Assembly (NCBI GenBank): GCA_041484115.1
Contig: JBGPHA010000001.1
Location: 1 to 34,106 of the forward strand
Length of the DNA: 34,106 bases
Reading direction: 5' to 3'
Source: Candidatus Nanoarchaeia archaeon
GTDB lineage: Archaea; Nanobdellota; Nanobdellia; Pacearchaeales; GW2011-AR1
A program made the position numbers and the translations under genes. How positions within the stretch are numbered: position 1 is the stretch's first letter; every line of letters begins with the position of its first letter. Below are positions 1-7,414 of the stretch, in pieces. The notes below the pieces were generated by a model. That model worked only from the letters and a program-made list of their open reading frames with translations, did not search any database and was not told where the DNA came from.

Positions 1-477
1 ATAGTCTTCTGTTTCAAATTCGTTGTTTCTTAAAAGAAGATTGTAGATATTCATCTGATCCTGATATCTATTCCCTGATTCTCTCTCATCTCTGATAGGA
101 AATCCTTTTGTTTTATAGTCAAGAACAACGAGCTTTTTTCCTTTCATTAGGATGTTATCGACAGCTCCGCGAAGCACATTTCCTGCTTTGTCTGTCCAGG
201 AGATTCCCTTTAGATTATTTCTCCATGTTTTAAGCAGTTCTTCGTTATCAAATAATTTCAGGCCTTGTGTATGATGATGATCTTTTATTTCAGGAGGCAG
301 TTCGCCTTTCCTCATGAATTTGTCAAAATGAATTTTTAGTATTCTATCCATTCCATTTGGAAGCTGAGGAAAAGATGAAAGTGGACGTTTCCATATCTTA
401 TGTTTTTCCAGCCAGAAACATCTTGGGCATTGTCGCATAAGACTCAGAGAAGAAGGGGAGAGTTTGAAGGAAGGCAT
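1..477 (-). CDS. PD-(D/E)XK (RecB/Cas4-like) nuclease family protein, partial (C-terminus outside window)
   Basis: Absent from the ORF track because it runs off the window. Reverse translation from ATG (477-475) gives MPSFKLSPSSLSLMRQCPRCFWLEKHK... It contains GAVDNIL, VVLDYKTKG (D..(D/E)xK core) and QDQMNIY (QxxxY) motifs. The frame is open down to position 1. Confidence 0.75.
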   Translation of the reverse strand, partial: MPSFKLSPSSLSLMRQCPRCFWLEKHKIWKRPLSSFPQLPNGMDRILKIHFDKFMRKGELPPEIKDHHHTQGLKLFDNEELLKTWRNNLKGISWTDKAGNVLRGAVDNILMKGKKLVVLDYKTKGFPIRDERESGNRYQDQMNIYNLLLRNNEFETEDY

Positions 478-590
478 TGTAAAAGAGAAAGAGGAGGAAT
501 ATTTAAGGGTTTGGAAAAAAGAAGATTTTTAATATTCTAAAGAGTTAGATTTTTCGGAAGTTAAATAAATCTGTTCATTCTCACCTTAAA

Positions 591-956
591 ATGCCTCCTT
601 CATATTCCTACTCTCCTGGACCAAAGCCCTCTATAGACTGGCCTAAAATAATATGGGCCATATTTGGAATTTTAGTAATAATAGTGGTCTTTTTTTTGTT
701 TATATGGAAGCCATTAAATGAGGTATCTAAAAGAACTAATGATTTTTTGAATCAATCACAGAATAACAGCCAAGGGATAGCTATCGGAGAACCAAATCCT
801 AATGGTTATAACTGCTCTTCTGATGTTTATAATTGTGAAAATTTCACAACACGGGCAGAAGCCCAATATGTTTTTGATCTCTGCTTTCCAATTGCTGGTG
901 ATGTGCACCATCTAGATAAGGATGGGGATAAAAAGGTATGTAAAATGTTACCTTAA
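591..956 (+). CDS. membrane-anchored Excalibur calcium-binding domain protein
   Basis: N-terminal TM helix (IIWAIFGILVIIVVFFLFIW). C-terminal NCENFTTRAEAQYVF...GDVHHLDKDGDKKVC matches the Excalibur pattern C.dF.T.aEAQ...D.h.LD.DGDg.aC. Confidence 0.7.
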   Translation: MPPSYSYSPGPKPSIDWPKIIWAIFGILVIIVVFFLFIWKPLNEVSKRTNDFLNQSQNNSQGIAIGEPNPNGYNCSSDVYNCENFTTRAEAQYVFDLCFPIAGDVHHLDKDGDKKVCKMLP

Positions 957-968
957 AGCGTATCCTGA

Positions 969-1232
969 CTAAGAAGCAGATGTTACAATCCTTGGATGAA
1001 AAACTGTTGTGGGTTGTGAAGGGGCTATATCAGATGGCTGGACAACGGGTTGTTGTTGGGAATTTGTGATTGTTGAAGGATATTTGTCTGTATTTATTAT
1101 TGCAGCATTTCCCGAATCATTATTATCTAATCCGGCTTTCTGTATCAGGCCAATTACAATTATACTTCCAATTATCAAGATGAATAATACAAGGGCTATA
1201 CTCATAAAAATTCTTAGTTTTTTAAATCTCAT
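969..1232 (-). CDS. small N-terminally anchored membrane protein, last gene of the apbE/NOX-like operon
   Basis: ATG overlaps the stop of the upstream gene (ATGA at 1229-1232). Has a TM helix (IFMSIALVLFILIIGSIIVIGLI) followed by a polar Q/P/S/T-rich tail. No recognisable family. Confidence 0.55.
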   Translation of the reverse strand: MRFKKLRIFMSIALVLFILIIGSIIVIGLIQKAGLDNNDSGNAAIINTDKYPSTITNSQQQPVVQPSDIAPSQPTTVFHPRIVTSAS

Positions 1233-2536
1233 CTGAAATCAAATACCTCTTCATGCAGATTATTCTTATTTGCTCCTTCTTTAAAAATATTTTGAATTAA
1301 AGATTCTTTAAAGCTTTCTGAACCGCATAAGAAGAATTCCTTGTCCTCAAAAGAGCCGCTTATCTTTTTTATATCTTCTGTTGTAATTCTTCCTTTTTTT
1401 GATGAATTCCATGGAATAAACCTGAATCCCTTTATGCTCTTATCTGCATCAGAAAGCATATTATAGGCAACAAAATCAAAATCATCACTGACTGTGTAGT
1501 ACAAATCAATTTTAGTTTTGTTTTCGTGTTTTAAATCTTCAACCATTCCAAGGAAAGGAACAATTCCAATTCCTGCAGCAATCCAAACTTGACTTCTTCC
1601 AGGATAGTTTTTAAAATGGAATCTTCCATAAGGTCCTTCAATTGAAACATTGTCCCCAATTTTAAGATGCTCGAGCTTGTCTGTGAAATCTCCGAGTTTT
1701 TTCACAACAATTTTCATTGTATAATCTCCTGATTTTGAAGCTATTGAAAATGGATGAGCTTCCTTTGAAAGGTTCTTATTATAGAATCTGATAAAAACAA
1801 ACTGACCTGATCTGTAATCTAAAGGCTTATGTTCTGGAACAAGTTCAATTATAAAATTATTTCTGTGTCTCTCAATTTTCTTTATTGAATAAACAGCGCT
1901 CTTGGCAAGTCTTTTTTTCAGGAATAAGCTATAGGAAAAAGCTCCCAGGCCTACAATCGAAACAGTAGAAGCATAAAGAGGATATCCATGAAAGATTGAA
2001 TCATAAGATGCATCTCCTCTTACCAGAAAAATATGAAGAACTGCGAACAAAAAAACCAGACCAAGGAATTCATGCGTGAATTTCCATCTGTTATATTTCA
2101 TTCTTGTAAAAAGAGTTATGTAAATAAGAAGAATCATTCCCAGCATAGCAATTATCCCAAAATTTACAGACCAGTGTGAACTTGGCAGAAGATAAGTCAT
2201 TGCACGAGTTATATCTTGGGGAATAAACTTAAGGACAAGAAAGATTGGATGGAAAAGGATCAATATCAACGCAGAGCCTCCAAGAATTCCATGCACTAGA
2301 TAAACCTTGTCCAATCCTCCAAAAATATCCTCAATAAACTTTATTCTCGTTGAAAGAACAAAAGTAAGGGCGAACATGGTTACTGCAACTAAACCAAAAA
2401 GCTCTCCCAAAGTTTGAGTAGAAGAGGTATAATCTACAAAGTTATCTGTGCCATAGCCAAATTTAAAAAACAAAAATACAGGAGTCAAAGACAAGAATAT
2501 TAATACCAACCAGCCAAGAAAGCTTTTTAATTTCAC
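1229..2536 (-). CDS. NOX/ferric-reductase-like transmembrane flavocytochrome (FRD + FAD-binding + NAD(P)H-binding domains)
   Basis: Two bis-His heme motifs with NOX spacing: VHGILGGSALILILFHP (H-x13-H) and THEFLGLVFLFAVLH (H-x12-H). FAD motif HPFSIAS. Nucleotide motif GIGIVPFLG. C-terminal FLCGSESF. GTG start overlaps the apbE stop (GTGA). Confidence 0.85.
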   Translation of the reverse strand: MKLKSFLGWLVLIFLSLTPVFLFFKFGYGTDNFVDYTSSTQTLGELFGLVAVTMFALTFVLSTRIKFIEDIFGGLDKVYLVHGILGGSALILILFHPIFLVLKFIPQDITRAMTYLLPSSHWSVNFGIIAMLGMILLIYITLFTRMKYNRWKFTHEFLGLVFLFAVLHIFLVRGDASYDSIFHGYPLYASTVSIVGLGAFSYSLFLKKRLAKSAVYSIKKIERHRNNFIIELVPEHKPLDYRSGQFVFIRFYNKNLSKEAHPFSIASKSGDYTMKIVVKKLGDFTDKLEHLKIGDNVSIEGPYGRFHFKNYPGRSQVWIAAGIGIVPFLGMVEDLKHENKTKIDLYYTVSDDFDFVAYNMLSDADKSIKGFRFIPWNSSKKGRITTEDIKKISGSFEDKEFFLCGSESFKESLIQNIFKEGANKNNLHEEVFDFR

Positions 2537-3375
2537 GTTATTAACTCCTGAAAATAATTATAGAACTCTTGTTTTAAATCTTTAGTAATAATCATTGCTT
2601 TGATCTCTTTATTCTGATTCATTATTCTTTTAATCTCTGGTTTTGATGAAACAAAAAGAGCTGTAGCAAAAGCATCTGCATCTTCAACAGTCTTTGAAAC
2701 AACTGTTGCAGATATAATCTCTGGATTGCGATTTAATATGTGTGTTTTTTCATAGCTTCCGAAAAACTGCTTGTAATCTCCTGATGTTGCAACGCCACAA
2801 TTGCTCATCTTTATTGAGCAAAGAACATCGTTTTTATTTCTGGGATGCTGAATTCCTATCACATGATTGTAACTTCCAGAAAAAAGAATGTCTCCGCGGG
2901 AATTTACTATAAACTCCTTAATGCCTTTTTTTCTAAGGAATTTTCCGATCTTGTCGGTAATATATCCTTTGGCAATGCTTCCAAAATCCAGAGCAATATT
3001 TTCATTTTCAAGGAAAACCTCGTTCGATCTTATTTTAACATCTTTGTACAATCCCTTTTTTTCTTTGGCTTCCTTGCCTGTTTTTCTTTTAAGTATCTCT
3101 TTTCCCATTGAAACGTCATATCCGCCTTTTGTAATTTCTGAAAATTTCAAGGCTTTTTTTAAAACCTCTAGTAACTCTAGAGAAACTTTTAGTTTTCTTT
3201 TTTTATTAAGAATAGAGAGCTCGCTGCTTTCATCAAAAAAATTAAAGATTTTTTGGAGTCGCAGAGCTTCTTGGTATGTTTCCTCTATTATTTCATTAAC
3301 ATTTTGGACTGGATTATAAACTATAATTTCAATTTCCCCTCCAAAAAGCTTTTTCTTAAAGCTTAGAGAATTCAT
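2533..3375 (-). CDS. apbE: ApbE-family FAD:protein FMN transferase (flavin transferase)
   Basis: GVATSGDYKQFF (TSGdY motif), KTHILNRNPE and EDADAFATALFV (Mg/FAD-site D..D..T) are typical of ApbE. The track ORF starts at a TTG (3450); I prefer the ATG at 3375 (MNSLSFKKKLFGGEIEIIV). Start is uncertain. Confidence 0.82.
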   Translation of the reverse strand: MNSLSFKKKLFGGEIEIIVYNPVQNVNEIIEETYQEALRLQKIFNFFDESSELSILNKKRKLKVSLELLEVLKKALKFSEITKGGYDVSMGKEILKRKTGKEAKEKKGLYKDVKIRSNEVFLENENIALDFGSIAKGYITDKIGKFLRKKGIKEFIVNSRGDILFSGSYNHVIGIQHPRNKNDVLCSIKMSNCGVATSGDYKQFFGSYEKTHILNRNPEIISATVVSKTVEDADAFATALFVSSKPEIKRIMNQNKEIKAMIITKDLKQEFYNYFQELIT

Positions 3376-3494
3376 AAAAGAAAAACCGACTTTAAATTTA
3401 AAAAGATTGTGAAGAGGAGTTAAATCAATAATTATTATACAAATCTTCAATTTAAATAATAAGATTTATAAATACAATTAACCTTTTTTAAAAA

Positions 3495-4235
3495 ATGGAA
3501 AGAAGGGGTGTTGTTACAAAGGATAATGTTGTAAAGGGTAATGTTATATTATATGTAGCATTAGTTCTCGGTTTGGGAGTTATTGTTTACTTAATTTCTG
3601 TAACAAGTTCACTCTCAAAACAACATAATCAAGATCTTATGAATATTAATTCACTCTCAGCACAAATTAATCAGTCTAAGTTAGAGATTAATGGTAAAGC
3701 AGATGTTTTTGATGCTAAATTTCATGATTTATTGCAAGAACATACTTTCCTGTTGATTAATACTGTTCGTCGTTCATTAGACTCAAGTGCTTCATATAAT
3801 GCTTCATTGGCTGCACTTCAAAATAATATAAATGAAATTGGGGCCCTTTTAACACCTATATATGGAGCTAATGCTCAACAACTAGTTAATTTATGGAATA
3901 CTAAAACTAATGTTTTTCTTAATTATAGTAATGCTTTAAAGAATAATGATCCAGCAGCAAGTGATGCATATGCTGCTGCTGCTGCATCATATGAAGAAAA
4001 CGGTGCACAATTTTGGGTAGATACAAATAATCCATACCCTATCTTTGACAAAGCAACAATGAAGCAACTAATAACCAACCATATGAATGACGTAAAGTTT
4101 GCAGTAGATGATTGGAATGCAAAAAATTATCCTGCTTACTTTAGTGATTTAGAAAATGCTTATATCCAAATAGGAACATATGCAGACACTGTTGCACAAG
4201 GAATTATCCAACAGAATCCTAAAAATTTTATCTGA
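3495..4235 (+). CDS. membrane-anchored helical protein, unknown function
   Basis: 246 aa ORF with one N-terminal TM helix (VILYVALVLGLGVIVYLISV). Then an Ala/Asn-rich helical region with two similar halves (LLQEHTFLLINTV..., LITNHMNDVKFAV...). Divergent from the apbE operon. Confidence 0.65.
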   Translation: MERRGVVTKDNVVKGNVILYVALVLGLGVIVYLISVTSSLSKQHNQDLMNINSLSAQINQSKLEINGKADVFDAKFHDLLQEHTFLLINTVRRSLDSSASYNASLAALQNNINEIGALLTPIYGANAQQLVNLWNTKTNVFLNYSNALKNNDPAASDAYAAAAASYEENGAQFWVDTNNPYPIFDKATMKQLITNHMNDVKFAVDDWNAKNYPAYFSDLENAYIQIGTYADTVAQGIIQQNPKNFI

Positions 4236-4310
4236 TTCCTGTGTTCAGGAAATAAATCTTATACTGCCCTGTTTCGTAAAGTTTAAAACATAGAAAAGAC
4301 TAGAACAAAT

Positions 4311-4706
4311 ATGAAAAAAAGCATGATGTGGCTCGCTATTATCATTGCTGTTCTTGTTGTAATTGGAGCGGTTCTTTTATTCACAAATACGAATAAAACA
4401 CCCAGCATAGGAAATAATAATCCTGGCACAAGTACTAATACAGGAACAGGCGGAAAAACATACAATGTTGACATACAGAATCTTGCTTTTTCACCTGCAG
4501 GATTAACAATAAAATCTGGAGATACTATTACCTGGACAAATAAAGATGCTGTGGCCCATCAAATAATCTCTGATTCAGGAAATGAAATCTCATCTCCATC
4601 CTTAAGCCAGGGAACGCCCTATTCCCATAAATTCACAACTCCTGGAACATACAGATATCATTGCAGCATACATCCAAGCATGACAGGAACAGTTGTTGTG
4701 CAGTAA
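4311..4706 (+). CDS. membrane-anchored cupredoxin (plastocyanin/amicyanin-like blue copper protein)
   Basis: N-terminal TM/signal anchor, G/T/N linker, then a cupredoxin fold. Type-1 Cu ligands: DAVAHQI (His) and YRYHCSIHPSMTGTVVV (C-x2-H-x3-M). Confidence 0.85.
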   Translation: MKKSMMWLAIIIAVLVVIGAVLLFTNTNKTPSIGNNNPGTSTNTGTGGKTYNVDIQNLAFSPAGLTIKSGDTITWTNKDAVAHQIISDSGNEISSPSLSQGTPYSHKFTTPGTYRYHCSIHPSMTGTVVVQ

Positions 4707-4740
4707 AAAAGTTTTTAATCTTCTTTCTCTCTATTAAAAA

Positions 4741-5016
4741 ATGGATTTTATGCTCGGATTGCTTAATGTATCAATAATTCTGGCTTTTTTTGTATGGGGA
4801 GAATTTCTTGTGAGAATTGCTCTTAGACTTACAAGATGGACAGGAGACATAATGGGATTTGCCATTTTTATAGGAATAATTTTACTTCTAAGTTTATTTA
4901 GCCAAGATATTGCACAGCTTATTTTAAGCAAATTTGGAAAGAATGTTGCGTGGCTTTTATTTGCATTTGTTCTAATTGGCGCATGGATGAATTATAGGAA
5001 TAAGTACTACTACTAG
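4741..5016 (+). CDS. small membrane protein (3 predicted TM helices), hypothetical
   Basis: 91 aa ORF with an ATG start and strongly hydrophobic segments. No family recognised. Confidence 0.5.
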   Translation: MDFMLGLLNVSIILAFFVWGEFLVRIALRLTRWTGDIMGFAIFIGIILLLSLFSQDIAQLILSKFGKNVAWLLFAFVLIGAWMNYRNKYYY

Positions 5017-5054
5017 TATACACGTTTATAAAGATTTAATCTTTAATAAAAATA

Positions 5055-5252
5055 ATGAAAACCATTTTTAAGAGAGCATATAAATTTCAGAGACAGCATC
5101 CTATTCTTAGTAATTCTACCCATGCTATTGGGAGTTTTGGTTTAGCAATTTGTTTACAACAATATTTAGTTGGTAATCCTTTTTTACCCGTTGCAGTTGG
5201 TTGGATTTTGATGGGATTAGCTGTGATAGAACATATTTATTCTATGATGTAA
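5055..5252 (+). CDS. small membrane protein, hypothetical
   Basis: 65 aa ORF with an ATG start and two hydrophobic segments. Weak support only. Confidence 0.4.
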   Translation: MKTIFKRAYKFQRQHPILSNSTHAIGSFGLAICLQQYLVGNPFLPVAVGWILMGLAVIEHIYSMM

Positions 5253-5293
5253 GTTCTGATAATCTGTGTTGTACGAATGTTTTTGTAGTAGAA

Positions 5294-5872
5294 TTATTGT
5301 TCTCTTAATAATTTTTCATCAAACGTACCATTTTTAGAATAATCTTGATAGAAGTCTATAATTCCTTCAATTGCCTTGATTCTCTCCTTCTCAATTTTTT
5401 CAAGCATTTTCTCATCTGGATTGACTATAAATTTGTTATCTTTTTTTCTATTTCCAAAAGTAAGAGTTTTATTAATAGGATCTATAGTAACCTCTTGATG
5501 TGCAACGTCATTTCTCATTGTCTGAACTTCTTTTATAGCAAGAACAATTTCTTTAAGTTTCCCAGCATCATAACCCTCTTTCTTACAGATTTCTTCAAAG
5601 ATTTTTCTTTTTTTTTCAAAACCCATATCTTTAATGATAGTATTATTGAAAAAAAAAGTCTTTGGCGATTGAGGTTTAACAAAATAGTTCATAATAAAGA
5701 ACTCTAAAACACTTTCGAGATGAACTGCATTACTGATTATTCTACCACAAATTTTATCGAATTTCTCAATTTGTTCATCTATATTCCATTCTTGCTCATC
5801 CATTAAAACACGATGGTATATCTCTTTAAAAATTATTTGGGGGCTTATATAGAGAAAGGTAGCTTTCTTCAT
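5294..5872 (-). CDS. HEPN-like (Rx4H) protein, possible Abi/toxin-type RNase
   Basis: 192 aa helical protein with VQTMRNDVAHQE, i.e. the RN..AH form of the HEPN R-x4-H motif in a late helix. Lies immediately downstream of the recombinase on the same strand. The family assignment is inference from this motif and the size. Confidence 0.5.
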   Translation of the reverse strand: MKKATFLYISPQIIFKEIYHRVLMDEQEWNIDEQIEKFDKICGRIISNAVHLESVLEFFIMNYFVKPQSPKTFFFNNTIIKDMGFEKKRKIFEEICKKEGYDAGKLKEIVLAIKEVQTMRNDVAHQEVTIDPINKTLTFGNRKKDNKFIVNPDEKMLEKIEKERIKAIEGIIDFYQDYSKNGTFDEKLLREQ

Positions 5873-5922
5873 TCATACACCCAAACAACGCCCACGCAGG
5901 GAATCGGAGAATGAAAAGCTTT

Positions 5923-6750
5923 TTACAGATTATCCAATGGGCTCTTGACCTTTTTTAGTTGTTCCTGACTAATATGAGTATAAATCTGAGTCGTATTAAG
6001 ATCTGCATGACCTAAAAGTTCCTGGATCTTTCTTATGTCTGTATCATTTTCAAGAAGATGAGTTGCAAAGCTATGCCTTAAGGTATGAGGATGTACAGAC
6101 TTCTTTATCCCTGCTCTTTTTGCAGCATTGCTTACTATGCTTTCTATAGTTCTAGAAGAGAGATGTCCTTTTGGCCCTGTAAAGAGATATTCTTGGTTAT
6201 TCTCTTGTTGAATTTTTACCTGTTTTTCAAGGTTTTTTAGTAATGATTCTGGAATATTGAAGATCCTATCTTTTCTTCCCTTTCCCTGGCGAACTTGTCC
6301 TATCTTCTCTTCAAAGTTAAGATCCTTAATCTTAAGACCGACAAGTTCTGAAACTCTGAATCCACAGGCATAAAGCATAGATACCATAAGCTTACTTTTT
6401 TTGTTGTCCATAATATTGATTAAGGCCTTGACTTCTTCTTTTGTTAAAACAGTGGGAATCTTACGTTCTTTTTTAGGTCTCTTAATATTTGAAGTCAGGT
6501 CTTTCTGAAGGATATTTGAGTAGGCATATCTTATTGCAGAAAGAAAGACAATGGTTGAGGAAGAGCTTTGGGTTGTTAAATTTGAGGCCATGAATGCCTT
6601 GACATCGTCTTGATCTATCATCTCTGGGCTTTTATTCGAGAAATCCAAAAGTTTTGAATTTGCGTCCAGGTAGTTTCTTAATGTATAGTCTGAGTTCTTT
6701 GAAATTTTTAGTTCTGTTGAAAGCTTCTTAAGAAACTCTTCTTTTTGCAT
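5923..6750 (-). CDS. xerA: tyrosine recombinase, XerA/XerC/XerD-like
   Basis: C-terminal catalytic region: ACGFRVSEL (Arg), HPHTLRHSFATHLLENDTDIRKIQELLGHADLNTTQIYTH (H-x-x-R ... H ... Y). N-terminal SAM-like core-binding domain. 275 aa, typical Xer size. Confidence 0.92.
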   Translation of the reverse strand: MQKEEFLKKLSTELKISKNSDYTLRNYLDANSKLLDFSNKSPEMIDQDDVKAFMASNLTTQSSSSTIVFLSAIRYAYSNILQKDLTSNIKRPKKERKIPTVLTKEEVKALINIMDNKKSKLMVSMLYACGFRVSELVGLKIKDLNFEEKIGQVRQGKGRKDRIFNIPESLLKNLEKQVKIQQENNQEYLFTGPKGHLSSRTIESIVSNAAKRAGIKKSVHPHTLRHSFATHLLENDTDIRKIQELLGHADLNTTQIYTHISQEQLKKVKSPLDNL

Positions 6751-6757
6751 GAATTAG

Positions 6758-6840
6758 ATTGTACGAACTTCTTTATAAAAAATTAGGACTACTCACTAGT
6801 TCGTATAATGCATCTCGTACAATACATCTTATACGAAGTT
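6758..6840. other. cluster of four recombinase-arm-like 11-nt motifs including an 11-6-11 dif/lox-like dyad
   Basis: RTTCGTAYAA motif at 6758-6768 (rev), 6799-6809 (fwd), 6814-6823 (fwd) and 6828-6838 (rev). Dyad ATCTCGTACAA-TACATC-TTATACGAAGT at 6812-6839. Confidence 0.5.
6771..6780 (-). promoter_or_regulatory. TATA-box-like element for the recombinase gene (leaderless-type spacing)
   Basis: The minus strand reads TTTTATAAAG about 25 nt upstream of the ATG at 6750. No Shine-Dalgarno sequence lies between them. Confidence 0.4.
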
Positions 6841-6860
6841 TTTACAAGGGAAAATGGGTT

Positions 6861-6998
6861 TCAGAAGAAAAGTTGCAGGATCCCCATAATGAGGAAGTAA
6901 AATCCAACTAAATACCTCAAGAACCTAGGGAAGAACAATACTAAGATTCCAAAGATTATTGAGACTATTGCAGAACTAATCATTATTGTTGTTGCCAT
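6861..6998 (-). CDS. 45-aa two-TM small membrane protein (DUF3096-like)
   Basis: Below the ORF-track size cut-off. Sequence is MATTIMISSAIVSIIFGILVLFFPRFLRYLVGFYFLIMGILQLFF*. The ATG lies 2 nt after the stop of the upstream ORF (7001). The pattern resembles DUF3096-type proteins (GILvLvFP..l.y.v..Yli..Gil). Confidence 0.6.
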   Translation of the reverse strand: MATTIMISSAIVSIIFGILVLFFPRFLRYLVGFYFLIMGILQLFF

Positions 6999-7000
6999 TT

Positions 7001-7336
7001 TTACACAGAGTCTTGTTGGTTTTGCCGTGCACTTAGGTAAGCTTGTTGATTCCTCGGTCCAGCAAGTCGTGGCTTTTGAGGAATCTGGGTTGTTCCATTT
7101 CTTAGATTGTAGGCAGTTGAATCTTTAACTAATTGTTCAATCATATTTAGGTAAACAGGACATTTTTCAGAACCTCTTTTGATGCAACAAACTCCGGTCT
7201 CATCATGAAAAGCATTGTCGCAATAGAAGATAGTAGAATTAGGTGAAAAACTTCCTAAAAGATATTCTAACTTAATATCTCCTCCCGACTGTAATTCGCA
7301 TTGCCTGATCATCAATCTCGGTCTTTGTTCTGTCAT
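7001..7336 (-). CDS. hypothetical Cys-containing protein
   Basis: 111 aa ORF with an ATG start and five Cys residues (incl. VCCIKRGSEKCP). Visibly more G+C-rich than its surroundings. Bracketed by 24-nt direct repeats. No family recognised. Confidence 0.55.
   Translation of the reverse strand: MTEQRPRLMIRQCELQSGGDIKLEYLLGSFSPNSTIFYCDNAFHDETGVCCIKRGSEKCPVYLNMIEQLVKDSTAYNLRNGTTQIPQKPRLAGPRNQQAYLSARQNQQDSV
7026..7049. repeat. 24-nt repeat copy R1 (CGTGCACTTAGGTAAGCTTGTTGA)
   Basis: 20/24 identical to R2 at 7341-7364. Lies inside the 3' end of the 111-aa ORF. Confidence 0.8.
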
Positions 7337-7340
7337 GTGT

Positions 7341-7364
7341 CGTGAACTTAGGTCAGCTTAGTGA
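7341..7364. repeat. 24-nt repeat copy R2 (CGTGAACTTAGGTCAGCTTAGTGA)
   Basis: Lies 5 nt upstream of the start codon of the 111-aa ORF. 20/24 identical to R1. Confidence 0.8.
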
Positions 7365-7414
7365 AAATAAAATAAATTTAAATTAAAAGAAAAATTAATA
7401 AAAATTGAGTGGAC

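Noticed and set aside
1009-1236. Plus-strand 75-aa ORF overlapping the 87-aa minus-strand ORF.
   Set aside because: The minus-strand version has a clean TM anchor and an ATGA overlap with the upstream operon gene. The plus-strand version has neither.
2845-3319. Plus-strand ORFs (88 and 143 aa) opposite the apbE gene.
   Set aside because: They lie antisense to a CDS with clear ApbE motifs. Their translations are low-complexity and F/S/L-rich, typical of the reverse frame of an AT-rich gene. The same reasoning rejects 5345-5707, 8044-8262, 8452-8652, 9343-9540, 19764-20123, 20280-20614, 24136-24497, 25330-25590, 30600-30836, 30933-31232, 31500-31721, 32390-32745 and 33212-33517.
5873-5922. Search for a tRNA gene or tRNA 3' fragment next to the recombinase as an integration target. 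All other intergenic regions were also scanned for tRNA/rRNA-like GC-rich stems.
   Set aside because: No cloverleaf-compatible sequence or T-loop (GTTCRAATC-like) motif was seen by eye. A proper tRNA scan would still be worthwhile.
6798-6842. Resemblance to loxP, raising the possibility of cloning-vector contamination.
   Set aside because: Only 11 nt of one arm are identical to loxP as I recall it. The other arm and the spacer differ. The site sits in native-looking context beside its own recombinase gene, and the same motif recurs in diverged copies nearby.
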